A stretch of DNA of 64,000 nucleotides from Thermoprotei archaeon (GTDB taxonomy: Archaea; Thermoproteota; Thermoprotei_A; Sulfolobales; Ignisphaeraceae), in NCBI GenBank assembly GCA_003661775.1, contig QMWT01000001.1, forward strand, positions 1,199-65,198, written 5' to 3'. Positions 28,973 to 38,244 of this stretch are shown in pieces. Numbering within the stretch: the first letter of the stretch is position 1; each line of letters opens with the position of its first letter. The notes under the pieces were generated by a model. The model was not told the origin of the DNA. It searched no databases and saw nothing but the letters and a program-made list of their open reading frames with translations. The translations under genes and the position numbers were made by a program.

Positions 28973-29563
28973 ATGATCATAGGTATCTCGGGAACACCCA
29001 GTACTGGTAAGAGTACAGTTGCAAGATTACTTGCTGAAAAACTCAAGGCGCTCTACATCAATCTCTCGGATCTAGTTGTAAGAAAGAAATTGTATGTGGA
29101 GTACGACGAGGCAAGACAGAGCTATGTGATTGACGAGTCGCGTGTTAGAGATTACTTAGCTAATATAAGCAGAGGGGATCTGGTTATCGTTGATAGCCAT
29201 TACGCAGAGATAGCCCCGAAGGAGCTAGTAAAGAAAGTTTTCGTACTAAGACTTCACCCATTGATACTTATGGAAAGGCTTATCAAGAGGGGGTGGCCTC
29301 TCAGAAAGGTTGCTGAAAATGTGGAGGCAGAGTTGCTTGGAGTATGCACTAGAAATGCTGTTGACGAGCTTGGACCCGAACTCGTTGTGGAGATAGACGT
29401 TACTAATAAAAGACCCGAGGACGTTGTTGAGGAAATCTTGAAGCTACTTAAAAATGGTAAGAGGCCTCAAGAAAATTGGATTGACTGGACTATTCTCCTT
29501 ACTGATGAGGAGCTGGAGAAAGTTCTTGAGTTCATAGAGCTTGGTTATTCGTCATCCGACTGA
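28973..29563 (+). CDS. AK6/Fap7-type adenylate kinase-like NTPase
   Basis: P-loop GTPSTGKST; size and layout of archaeal Fap7 homologues. Confidence 0.7.
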   Translation: MIIGISGTPSTGKSTVARLLAEKLKALYINLSDLVVRKKLYVEYDEARQSYVIDESRVRDYLANISRGDLVIVDSHYAEIAPKELVKKVFVLRLHPLILMERLIKRGWPLRKVAENVEAELLGVCTRNAVDELGPELVVEIDVTNKRPEDVVEEILKLLKNGKRPQENWIDWTILLTDEELEKVLEFIELGYSSSD

Positions 29564-31067
29564 GCTTCTTATATACTTTGCTAGCCCTCCACTCAGCTAC
29601 AGCATCGAGGTCTATACCAACCCTTTTCTCGGGGACGTAGTCTACTTTGGCAACCGTAGGTATCCTAACCCACTCTCCGAGAAGAAGCGCTTCACCGACA
29701 TTAAGCGCCGATAATTCCTCTACGAGCTCTTGTGTAACAGCTTCACAGTGTTTAGCAATGTAGTACCGATCTTCGGGATGCGCTATCCTTAGCACAGCCA
29801 GGCTCCCCATCTGGCTTAGTATGTTAGGGTCTAGCCCCCTAGGTCTCTGCGACACTACGATCATACCTACACCAAACTTCCTTCCCTCACGCGCTATATG
29901 CTCAGCGGTTTTCTTAGTAGCAGTATCTTCGTCTATGGGGATAAACACGTGTGCTTCTTCAAGAACCACCACCACGGGTATAGGCAGTTTCACAAGGCTT
30001 CCACTGCTGTACCTGCTCCACAGAGCAAGTTTCCTTTCTTCAAGAACACGCTGAAGCCAATGAGCAACAACGGCATCAGCCTGCGATGCGCGTAGTTCGC
30101 TGAGATCTACCACGTTAATAGCTCCAAGCTCTATTCTTTCAAGCACATCCTCGACCTTCTCATCTATTATCTTGCACAGTAGTCGCGAATATGTAATGAG
30201 CGACTCTAGTACCTTCTGTGCAGGTTCTCCTACACGAAGCGCCTTACCTTGGATACAGTTCCTTAGCTTATCAAAGAAGCTCATTCCATACTTCTTATCA
30301 TCACCATTTTTCAGATTTTCGAAACATTCTAATAATACCATGCGCTGTCTTGTAGCGTTTGGTCTTAGCCCTAGAAGTCTGGCAAGTTCGTCAAATTCTA
30401 ACTTGTAGGGATTTATTTGAGGTGTTATTACGTTCACATGCACGTTTCTGAAGAACATGTTTGTGTACTCACCGTGATAGTCAAATATTATGACTGTTCC
30501 TCCAAGCTCGCCTATTCTCTTGGACAACAAAGCAACGAGGTTGCTCTTACCCATACCCGTCATGGCTAAGATCCCTAAATGTTTTGAGACTATTTTATTA
30601 ACGTTAACTCTTACCTCAACAGTAGGCTCACGTAATAGTGTACCGACTTTGACCCACCCATCCTCAGCAGGGCTGAAGATCCTTCTAAGGATTGTGGGAG
30701 GTGCTCTGAACACCTCTGTGCCGGGCGGAGGAGGTACTGGCGGTATTGAGACCCTGCCATTGTGATCGAGATTACCAACAATCCTTACACGCCCCCGGTA
30801 GTAGTACACCCTTTCGTGTCCCCGAACCACCTTAACGAGCCTCTCGACATCGCGTGGATCGAGGATGTTCTCGCTCAAAATCATGCTGCCAGTAACCGTT
30901 GATTCCACGAATGCTAGCGAGCGATAGCCGTAGTACTCCATATACACATATTCTCCCAGAAGAAGCGGTCTGAAAGAGACTATGTTGGCCATGTAGGGTC
31001 TCGATTCGCCTACTACATAACCCACTAAACTACTTCTATGTTCAGATTCGTTGTCGAAAAGCTTCAA
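29532..31067 (-). CDS. herA: HerA-type hexameric DNA translocase/helicase (DUF87 ATPase)
   Basis: N-terminal barrel region, Walker A MTGMGKSN, Walker B VVVVLEEAH, and SQRP. Confidence 0.8.
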   Translation of the reverse strand: MKLFDNESEHRSSLVGYVVGESRPYMANIVSFRPLLLGEYVYMEYYGYRSLAFVESTVTGSMILSENILDPRDVERLVKVVRGHERVYYYRGRVRIVGNLDHNGRVSIPPVPPPPGTEVFRAPPTILRRIFSPAEDGWVKVGTLLREPTVEVRVNVNKIVSKHLGILAMTGMGKSNLVALLSKRIGELGGTVIIFDYHGEYTNMFFRNVHVNVITPQINPYKLEFDELARLLGLRPNATRQRMVLLECFENLKNGDDKKYGMSFFDKLRNCIQGKALRVGEPAQKVLESLITYSRLLCKIIDEKVEDVLERIELGAINVVDLSELRASQADAVVAHWLQRVLEERKLALWSRYSSGSLVKLPIPVVVVLEEAHVFIPIDEDTATKKTAEHIAREGRKFGVGMIVVSQRPRGLDPNILSQMGSLAVLRIAHPEDRYYIAKHCEAVTQELVEELSALNVGEALLLGEWVRIPTVAKVDYVPEKRVGIDLDAVAEWRASKVYKKLSRMTNNQAL

Positions 31068-32082
31068 CTATGAACACCTCTCGCAATGGTTCGCGAGCAG
31101 AGGGATCTAGAAGGATGCCTGCTATACCAGCAAGTCTCTTGATATCATTATGCGTGATTCTTGCGAGTTCATCGGCTCTAAGTAGCACGTAGGGATACCC
31201 TCCAACACTTCCTTGCTCTAGAATCCTCATGAGAAGCTTTATGTGATGCTTTACATCTTCTAGGACATTTTCTGAACCATGCACAGAGTTTACCGGTATC
31301 TCGACTCTGTAAACTCTTCCTCCCTCCTTTAATCTGAGATAGCTTATCGCTACGTCTTCAAAATATTCAATTCCGTGGATACCTGCAAAAGCTCTGAGTT
31401 TAGATATTAGTGAGGATACGCCACTTATTCGTGAAGCTAGAACAGGCTTCGCGTAACCTGGAACTCCATCTGTGTATTTCTCGAAGTAGTAAACATCTCC
31501 TTTAGCAAACCCTAGAATGTCGCGGGAACTAGAGTTTTTCGCTACGAACACAGTTCGGAAGCCCAGCTTAGAAACCGCTTCAAGCATTTCTCTCAGAATC
31601 TCACTGGGCTTTTTCATTTTACCATTCTTTACAAGCTCTAACTCACCACGTGTTCTAAGAAGAGTACTTGATTTAGCAAGTAACGAACCATCCACTAGGA
31701 TAAGACCGTTTTGATTTTCCTTAATAGATCTCTTAAGCATCTTAGTCTCTAGCTCAATACCCTTAATAAATAGTTCATGCTCAATGTTGTTACTCGAAAA
31801 CAAGTCTACATCTACATCACCCTCATAAAGTTCTTCTCCATCATGTTTTAACATAACTAGTGCTACATCTACCACATATAGTGCATACCCTCTATACTCA
31901 ATATAATTGAAGCCGCTGTCTATACCAGCAAGATTTACACGTATACGGGAAGCGCATGGAGAAACACACTCGACCCATAAAGATTTTATGTACTTAATCT
32001 TATCTAGGGGCAGCAACTCATCTACCTTAGCCTTTATATGCTCAATGTTCTTCATCAGGATCTCTAACGCCTCTGGCAACAT
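31042..32082 (-). CDS. nurA: NurA-domain 5'-3' nuclease
   Basis: Aspartate motifs AGIDSG and LVDGSL; 26-nt overlap with herA. Confidence 0.7.
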   Translation of the reverse strand: MLPEALEILMKNIEHIKAKVDELLPLDKIKYIKSLWVECVSPCASRIRVNLAGIDSGFNYIEYRGYALYVVDVALVMLKHDGEELYEGDVDVDLFSSNNIEHELFIKGIELETKMLKRSIKENQNGLILVDGSLLAKSSTLLRTRGELELVKNGKMKKPSEILREMLEAVSKLGFRTVFVAKNSSSRDILGFAKGDVYYFEKYTDGVPGYAKPVLASRISGVSSLISKLRAFAGIHGIEYFEDVAISYLRLKEGGRVYRVEIPVNSVHGSENVLEDVKHHIKLLMRILEQGSVGGYPYVLLRADELARITHNDIKRLAGIAGILLDPSAREPLREVFIVEAFRQRI

Positions 32083-32213
32083 CTTGTTACCCCACTACTT
32101 ACGGCATGCCTGATTAGGCGGTATTACCACAATATTAAAAAGGAGAGGGAACATCGAAACTACTCGTCTATCGAGGGTGGTAGTTTCCTAAAGATACATG
32201 GTGGGGCCTATAC

Positions 32214-32879
32214 ATGAAGAAGGTGTATCTAAGAAGGCACTTGATGGTTAAGGGAAGATTTGCGGATTTGATATTAAAGGGTACCAAGACCACTACGATT
32301 AGACTTGGCGAGGTTGTACCTAAGTACGACGAAATAATAATACATGGAGGAGGTAGACCTATTGCCAAGGCAAAGATAACTAGCGTGAAGGTGAAGAGAA
32401 TCAAAGAGCTTACGGAAGAAGATGCTAAGAAAGATGGGTATAGCTCCCTAGAAGAGCTACTCAAAGATCTTGAACGGGTGTACAGCCGCAAGATTCTGCC
32501 TGACGATGTTGTTACAATAATAGAGTTCCGTGTAATTCAGAGATTTACTGATTTGAATCCTGATGACGTTTATCTAGGGCTTAGCCCTGTAGATATCGCC
32601 AGACTAGGACTTAGGTATTTAGGCAAGGAGCTAGGAGACGACGAGCGTAGGATCCTGCATGCTGTTCTACGTTTTCAGAGCATTAGAACTGCTTCCATAA
32701 AGCTATTCGGGACTCTAAACATGAGATGGAAAATTAGGAGGGTTCTTAGGAAAGTGCTGTTTAGACTCATCGAAAAAGGATTGCTTAAAGTAGACAAGAA
32801 AAAGCTTTCAGAACTTCTGAAGCTCCGGGGATATAGGTCGCTCGAGAATCTTATTATGGAGAAGGAAAATGAAAGTTGA
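32214..32879 (+). CDS. ASCH-domain protein with a helical C-terminal extension
   Basis: N-terminal RFADLILKGTKTTTIRLG...ITSVKVKRIKELTEEDAKKDGY resembles the ASCH/PUA-like barrel. Confidence 0.5.
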   Translation: MKKVYLRRHLMVKGRFADLILKGTKTTTIRLGEVVPKYDEIIIHGGGRPIAKAKITSVKVKRIKELTEEDAKKDGYSSLEELLKDLERVYSRKILPDDVVTIIEFRVIQRFTDLNPDDVYLGLSPVDIARLGLRYLGKELGDDERRILHAVLRFQSIRTASIKLFGTLNMRWKIRRVLRKVLFRLIEKGLLKVDKKKLSELLKLRGYRSLENLIMEKENES

Positions 32880-32967
32880 ACTCGCCCCGATTTCAGCATT
32901 ATGTCGCACATAACAATCAGCTTTAACTGGGAGGGGCTAGTCACAAGAACTTGTAGGGCGAGTTCTT

Positions 32968-34083
32968 TTGAGAATTCGGGATAGATTATGTAGATTGCTG
33001 AACGAGAGAGGAGTACAAGCTGTCATGATTTTTGACCGGGCAAATTTCCGTTACGTAACACGAGGCGACCTTGATTATTCGGCAGCACTTCTCTTAGTAG
33101 ACTCGAGAAAATGTAGCTATGTACTCATAACACACGTACTCGAGCACGCTAAATACGAAGAAGCTCTGAAAGTTAAGCCGCAAGACGTTTACCTATACTC
33201 TACATACCCGTTATCATACGATCATCAGTACATGCTCGTTAATAACATTGTTGAAGCTGTTGACAGGGCTGCAACCAAGTATTTAGATCCCGAAAAAGAC
33301 TCCGTGGGATTTCTCTCTACGTGGTGCAGTGATGGTATTGTTAGGTATCTAGCAAAAAGATGGAAACTTGTCGACGTTTCGGACATATTTACGTATAGCA
33401 GACTTGTTAAAGAGGCAGATGAGATCGAATCTATTAAAAAAGCAGGGAGTATTCTTTGCAGGTCTGTACATCAAGCTCTAAGCGAGCTAAGAGCAGGTAT
33501 TACAGAGCTTGACCTAGCATCGTTGATAGTATCTGAGATCATTCGATTAGAAGGGCGGCCGGGAGTCTTTCCTATAATTGCGTCAGGCACCCGGTCAGCT
33601 ATACATAATGCTAAAGCAAGTAACAAGAAAATAGAGATCAACGAGCTTGTGGTCATAGAGATCGTTGTTGAGTACGAAGGGTATAATGCAGATGCAACCT
33701 TCACTTACGCAATGCCAAAGGTTAAGAAAGAGCTTAGAGACGTAGCTAAGATCGTTGAAGAAGCTCAACTCAATACAAAGAACATGGTTAGAACCGGTAT
33801 CAGGGCTAGAGACCTAGATAGCATAGCGAGGAAGTATATAGAGATGAAAGGCTACGGCAAGTACTTTATCCACCCCACGGGACACGGGATAGGGCTAGAG
33901 ATTCACGAACCTCCGTACATCGCCCCAGAAACGGATACCGTACTCGAGGAGGGGATGATCCTGACTGTGGAGCCAGGGATACATATCCTGGGCCTTGGCG
34001 GCGCTAAGATCGGGGATACTGTTCTAGTAACCAGAAAAGGATATGAGGAGTTAACACCCTGCTTAAAGCTGAAAGGTGTTTAG
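32968..34083 (+). CDS. M24-family Xaa-Pro peptidase
   Basis: HPTGHGIGLEIHEPP and the EPG motif. TTG start. Confidence 0.85.
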   Translation: MRIRDRLCRLLNERGVQAVMIFDRANFRYVTRGDLDYSAALLLVDSRKCSYVLITHVLEHAKYEEALKVKPQDVYLYSTYPLSYDHQYMLVNNIVEAVDRAATKYLDPEKDSVGFLSTWCSDGIVRYLAKRWKLVDVSDIFTYSRLVKEADEIESIKKAGSILCRSVHQALSELRAGITELDLASLIVSEIIRLEGRPGVFPIIASGTRSAIHNAKASNKKIEINELVVIEIVVEYEGYNADATFTYAMPKVKKELRDVAKIVEEAQLNTKNMVRTGIRARDLDSIARKYIEMKGYGKYFIHPTGHGIGLEIHEPPYIAPETDTVLEEGMILTVEPGIHILGLGGAKIGDTVLVTRKGYEELTPCLKLKGV

Positions 34084-34085
34084 CT

Positions 34086-34316
34086 ATGAGTGACAAGACT
34101 AAGAGTGAGAAACCCCTCGAAGTAGCGGATATAGAGAACATATGGTTTGAATATGATAGACAGAATGATATACTGTACATAAACTTCGGCTACGATGTAG
34201 AAGACGCTGATGAATCATTACTCACCGAGAACAACATTGTTGTAAGAATAAAGAACGGTAAAATTGTGAGTCTTACAGTTTTCGACTTCTCTAGGAGAGT
34301 AGGACTTGAGATATAA
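34086..34316 (+). CDS. small DUF2283-like protein
   Basis: The YDRQNDILYINF...IVSLTVFDF pattern resembles DUF2283. This is from memory. Confidence 0.4.
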   Translation: MSDKTKSEKPLEVADIENIWFEYDRQNDILYINFGYDVEDADESLLTENNIVVRIKNGKIVSLTVFDFSRRVGLEI

Positions 34317-34527
34317 ACCTTTTTATGAAGATCTTCGCATTGTATCAACAACAAAATCCCCCTTTATTCGGAAATAAGTAGCGCTATGATTTCTTGATCT
34401 TCATTCTTAGAAACCCATTTAAAAGCGATAGCGACATATTAAACATATATAAATTTCGTGAACAAGGGGTAAGGATAGGTTTAAGTGTGATCAAGTAGAT
34501 AATGATACTTAAGAGGTGTAATAGCAG

Positions 34528-35577
34528 ATGAAGAGATTATCTGAAGTGAGAAAAGTACAGCGCTTCGGTAAATCAACCCTCATGGTCTCGTTGCCTGCCG
34601 AGTGGGTTAAGGTAATGGGGCTTAAACCAGGGGACCTTGTAAGAATTAATGTACGCGAAGACGGGACCCTAGTCGTAGTTCCTCATAGCTCAACTGTACA
34701 TCGTGAAGAGAGCATAGTCGAAATTCTCATCTCAAGCAAGACGAGCGATGAACTTCTCCGAAGAGCTATCTACACCTCCTACATAACGGGTCATGATAAG
34801 ATCGTGATCAGGAGTGTGGATCCCAGCCTCACTGCAGATCAGGTTCAAGGAGTAAGGTCTATGGTACGAGCTTTAATAGGGGCGGAAATAGTTGAGCAAG
34901 ACCTATCAAAAATAGTTGTTCAGGTATTTATCGATACGGCCCGCTACAATATACAGAACCTGGTTTCACGTATGATTAACATAATAAAATCTATGATCAG
35001 CTACCTCAATGCAGGACTTCATGAATTCAAAACATCACTTTTCAGAGAACTGCTTGAGCTAGAATTCGAATTAGATAGAGTCTACACACTTGCCGTACGC
35101 TACACATATGTGCTAAGCTCACAACGTGAACAGGAAAGTGCTGAAGAACTTCCACTTCTCACCGAGTACAGAGCACTCATAAAATCGCTAGAGGACGTTG
35201 GGGATACTCTATCTTCGATAGCTAAGCTTGTAGATGGCGACAGCACCTTCGAAAAACTGGCGAGGATTCTCAGAGAACCTATAGCCGAAATCTCGGATCT
35301 CATAAACTACTCTCTAGACGTTATGATGGCCTCTCTTAACAGTAGAAACGTATTGCTAGCTAACAAATCTGTTGATATAACAGCAGAATTAGTATCCTAT
35401 TTCTCTAAGCTTGAGTACTCAGTGGTGAAAAAGGTTGGTATGGAGGAATATCCCAAGGTGAGAAGTATGCTAGAGCGTATAAGACTAGCGTGTAACTATT
35501 TGCAGAGCTCGGCTGAGATGATATTTGACATAGTTGTAGCGTCAAAGGGTAACCGCATAGACCTGACGATGAAGTGA
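34528..35577 (+). CDS. AbrB/SpoVT-PhoU fusion regulator (phosphate-uptake-regulator-like)
   Basis: N-terminal VQRFGKSTLMVSLPAEWV swapped-hairpin motif followed by two PhoU-like helical repeats. Confidence 0.75.
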   Translation: MKRLSEVRKVQRFGKSTLMVSLPAEWVKVMGLKPGDLVRINVREDGTLVVVPHSSTVHREESIVEILISSKTSDELLRRAIYTSYITGHDKIVIRSVDPSLTADQVQGVRSMVRALIGAEIVEQDLSKIVVQVFIDTARYNIQNLVSRMINIIKSMISYLNAGLHEFKTSLFRELLELEFELDRVYTLAVRYTYVLSSQREQESAEELPLLTEYRALIKSLEDVGDTLSSIAKLVDGDSTFEKLARILREPIAEISDLINYSLDVMMASLNSRNVLLANKSVDITAELVSYFSKLEYSVVKKVGMEEYPKVRSMLERIRLACNYLQSSAEMIFDIVVASKGNRIDLTMK

Positions 35578-35624
35578 GGAGAGAATGGTGGGCCCGCGGG
35601 GATTTGAACCCCGGACCACGGGGA

Positions 35625-35639
35625 CTTTCGCCTGTAGGT
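35625..35639 (-). other. tRNA intron 2 (15 nt, canonical 37/38 position)
   Basis: BHB motif: the outer helix is the anticodon stem, the central helix is UUCG/CGAA, the bulges are GG|A and AG|U, and there is an inner CC/GG helix with a UACA loop. Confidence 0.75.
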
Positions 35640-35644
35640 CCCGA

Positions 35645-35667
35645 GTCGGGCACCGAGTACTCGGTGT
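35645..35667 (-). other. tRNA intron 1 (23 nt, between positions 32 and 33)
   Basis: BHB motif: a 4-bp helix CGGG/CCCG flanked by the 3-nt bulges GU|A and AC|U, with an inner helix CACCG/CGGUG. Confidence 0.7.
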
Positions 35668-35729
35668 ACCCCGCATCCTACCAGGCTAGACGACGGGCCC
35701 AGCCATGCACACTTACTGTTCTGAGCTGC

Positions 35730-35736
35730 TTTTAAA
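35730..35736 (-). promoter_or_regulatory. TATA-like box upstream of tRNA-Pro
   Basis: TTTAAAA on the minus strand, about 30 nt upstream of tRNA position 1. Confidence 0.4.
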
Positions 35737-35757
35737 GCTTGAACATAATCAGAATGA

Positions 35758-36519
35758 GTGGTACCAGCCTTGGTCTCCCGCTACGCTATTGAAGTAATTG
35801 CCCGGCGCATAGCAGGAGACATAGTGCTGGCAGAGAACACGGCCTCTGCCATGAGGAAGTGGCGTGAGATCTTCGGCTTAACACAATCAGAGCTCGCTAA
35901 ACTCATGGGTATCTCGCCCAGCGTTTTAAGCGACTACGAGAAAGGAAGACGTGTCCCCGGCGCGAGATTTCTGAAGAGATTTGTTGAGGCGCTGCTAAGA
36001 GCTGATGAGGCGCGCGGGTGGCCTACTGTAAGAAATCTGCTGAGCAACGTTGTTCCCCGGATGGACGCTGTTATTGATATGCACGAGTTCTGGAATCCCA
36101 TAACGGTTGCCCAGTTAGTAGAGCTTGTAGAGGGTATTGTGCTAAACACCTTTGTCGACAATAAGCCTATTTACGGCTATACGGTGGTCGATAGCATCAG
36201 AGCTATAGAGACAATGCGTGGTTATGAGTACTGGCAACTTCTGGGGATGACAAGTGAAAGAGCTGTGATCTTCACACGTGTATCCAAGGGTCGTTCACCG
36301 ATGGTCGCGGTGAGGGTCTCACCTTTGAAACCTGCTGCGATAGTGATACACGGCCCTCGGAGAACTGTTGATCCGTTAGCACTTAAAATCGCTGAGCTTG
36401 AGCACATTCCGTTTATACTGAGCTTGGCTGCAACAGTCGATGAGCTTGTCAGCAAGCTTAGAAGAGCCGTCGAGCCGCGTACGGGCTATGTAGAACTCAG
36501 TACTTCCCTAAGTTCTTAA
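35758..36519 (+). CDS. XRE-family helix-turn-helix transcriptional regulator with a C-terminal domain of unknown function
   Basis: HTH LTQSELAKLMGISPSVLSDYEKGRR. The ORF has a GTG start, and the true start may be internal. Confidence 0.65.
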   Translation: MVPALVSRYAIEVIARRIAGDIVLAENTASAMRKWREIFGLTQSELAKLMGISPSVLSDYEKGRRVPGARFLKRFVEALLRADEARGWPTVRNLLSNVVPRMDAVIDMHEFWNPITVAQLVELVEGIVLNTFVDNKPIYGYTVVDSIRAIETMRGYEYWQLLGMTSERAVIFTRVSKGRSPMVAVRVSPLKPAAIVIHGPRRTVDPLALKIAELEHIPFILSLAATVDELVSKLRRAVEPRTGYVELSTSLSS

Positions 36520-36950
36520 CCGCTCTTCTGCTGAAGCATCATAAGTGCTGCTGCTATATCTCCCTTAGCCCTTATTAGAGCTTGCCTAGCCTCCTCCTCA
36601 CTAACGCCTGCATACTCTGCTACGAATCTCACATCATCCTCACTAATACTTATAGCAGGCTCAGCTTCTCTGATGCTTTCCCTAGCCACTTCGCGTACCT
36701 TACCAGCAACAATTTGATATACTTTCTGTTGTCCGAACTCCATGACCATTACTTGAGGTTCCTCAAGCACTAGATCCTTGTCTTCGAGCTCTAGAATCAC
36801 CTTCTTAACTCCTTCTAGCTGGTTTATTGAAATGCCCATTCTTTTTAGCTGCCTGAGCTGTCTTTGAAGCTCCCTCGGATTTATAGGTAGCAATACGCCT
36901 CTCCCACATACAGAGGTGTGGTACGAGTATATATCGTCTCTCATGTTCAT
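36516..36950 (-). CDS. nac: nascent polypeptide-associated complex protein (NAC alpha homologue)
   Basis: NPRELQRQLRQLKRMGI, the NAC barrel (EEPQVMVMEFGQQKVYQI) and a C-terminal UBA (EEARQALIRAKGDIAAAL). The start is uncertain: ATG at 36950, or TTG at 36893 about 38 nt downstream of a TATATA element. The track start at 36989 overlaps the divergent gene. Confidence 0.8.
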   Translation of the reverse strand: MNMRDDIYSYHTSVCGRGVLLPINPRELQRQLRQLKRMGISINQLEGVKKVILELEDKDLVLEEPQVMVMEFGQQKVYQIVAGKVREVARESIREAEPAISISEDDVRFVAEYAGVSEEEARQALIRAKGDIAAALMMLQQKSG

Positions 36951-36972
36951 GCAACAGCCGTGGTGATGGTGT

Positions 36973-38244
36973 TTGGCAAAGCTAAGCATATCTATACTTG
37001 GCGGAGGGCGTGAGGTAGGAAGAGCTGCCGTGATCGTGAGCGATGGTTCTCATAAGGTTCTTTTCGATTATGGTATAGGGCTGGGCGAGGACGATATCCC
37101 TATCCTCCCGCTTCCAGCAAAACCCGCAGAACTGGATCTTATAGCGATAACACACTCACATCTAGATCATATAGGTGCTGCTCCATTTCTGTACGTATCG
37201 AAACGTACACCCGTGTTAATGACTGGTTTAACCCGCAATCTTGCACAGGTAATGATATCAGATATGCTGAAGCTCGCTGGCTATTACCTACCTTTCGAAT
37301 ACCCAGAACTTAATACTATGCTTGAAAGCGTTGTTGAGGCTAAACTTGGTAGCACCGTCGAAGTTGCAGGCGTGCAGGTCGACGTGTTCAACGCTGGACA
37401 CATACCTGGAAGTGCAATGTTTAGGGTAGAGCTAGGGAATAAGTACATGCTATATACGGGTGACGTGAATACCATAGATACCAAACTTGTAAAGGGTGTT
37501 GAGCTCAGCGGTGTAGAAGCAAATACAGTAATAATAGAGTCTACGTACGGCAATGTAGATCATCCACCCAGAGAGTTGGTCGAAGAGGAATTCCTGTCTA
37601 TTGTCAAAAGTGTTGTGGAAGAAGGAGGTAGGGTGCTTATCCCTGCTTTCGCTCTTGGTAGATCTCAAGAGATTCTATGCCTCTTAGCCGAGAAGATGCC
37701 GTACGCCAACGTGTATTACGATGGTATGGCCAGGCATATCATGGAGATATTGCTGAATAATCCCGAAGGTCTCAATAGAATTGACTTGTTAGAAAAGGCC
37801 TACAGGATCTTCACGCCGGTAACCAAGTCCAGCATGCGCAGGAAAATCCTTAAGGAACGCGGAGCCGTAATAGTGACACCCGCGGGAATGTTGAAGGGAG
37901 GTCCAGCTCTCTACTATATAAAGCGTATGTGGAGTGACAAGAACAGTGCTCTGATATTCGTTAGTTTCCAAGCGCCTTCAACGCCAGGGAGGAGAGTTCT
38001 TGAAGAGGGTGTGTTTGAAGAACTGGGTCCCAAGGTCCAAGCAAAGGTGCGTTGGTTCGACTTCTCAAGTCATGCAGGAGTAAGCGGACTCATCAGAATA
38101 CTGAAGAGTGTGAAAGGTCTCGAGAATGTGGTTGTGGTCCACGGCAATGATCCCACAGCTTTTGATTTCGCTGCTCTTGTCGAGGAGGAGCTGGGTGTGA
38201 AGGTATACGTTCCATCAAATGGCGAAACATTAGTTATAGATTAA
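36973..38244 (+). CDS. beta-CASP metallo-beta-lactamase ribonuclease (aCPSF2-like)
   Basis: THSHLDHIG motif, beta-CASP region, C-terminal VVHGN; about 420 aa without KH domains. TTG start. Confidence 0.8.
   Translation: MAKLSISILGGGREVGRAAVIVSDGSHKVLFDYGIGLGEDDIPILPLPAKPAELDLIAITHSHLDHIGAAPFLYVSKRTPVLMTGLTRNLAQVMISDMLKLAGYYLPFEYPELNTMLESVVEAKLGSTVEVAGVQVDVFNAGHIPGSAMFRVELGNKYMLYTGDVNTIDTKLVKGVELSGVEANTVIIESTYGNVDHPPRELVEEEFLSIVKSVVEEGGRVLIPAFALGRSQEILCLLAEKMPYANVYYDGMARHIMEILLNNPEGLNRIDLLEKAYRIFTPVTKSSMRRKILKERGAVIVTPAGMLKGGPALYYIKRMWSDKNSALIFVSFQAPSTPGRRVLEEGVFEELGPKVQAKVRWFDFSSHAGVSGLIRILKSVKGLENVVVVHGNDPTAFDFAALVEEELGVKVYVPSNGETLVID

Larger units (their letters stand above)
35586..35700 (-). 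tRNA. tRNA-Pro (anticodon CGG) with two introns; exons at 35700-35668, 35644-35640 and 35624-35586; CCA encoded
   Basis: Hand fold: acceptor GGGCCCG/CGGGCCC, T arm CGGGG-UUCAAAU-CCCCG, anticodon stem CGGGG/CCCCG. The canonical loop UUCGGGU appears only after removing a 23-nt and a 15-nt segment, and each segment sits in a bulge-helix-bulge motif. Confidence 0.8.

Noticed and set aside
35586-35700. Single-intron model for the minus-strand tRNA.
   Set aside because: Every way of removing one contiguous 38-nt segment leaves a loop without U33. Only the two-intron model gives a canonical loop, and both introns then sit in BHB motifs.
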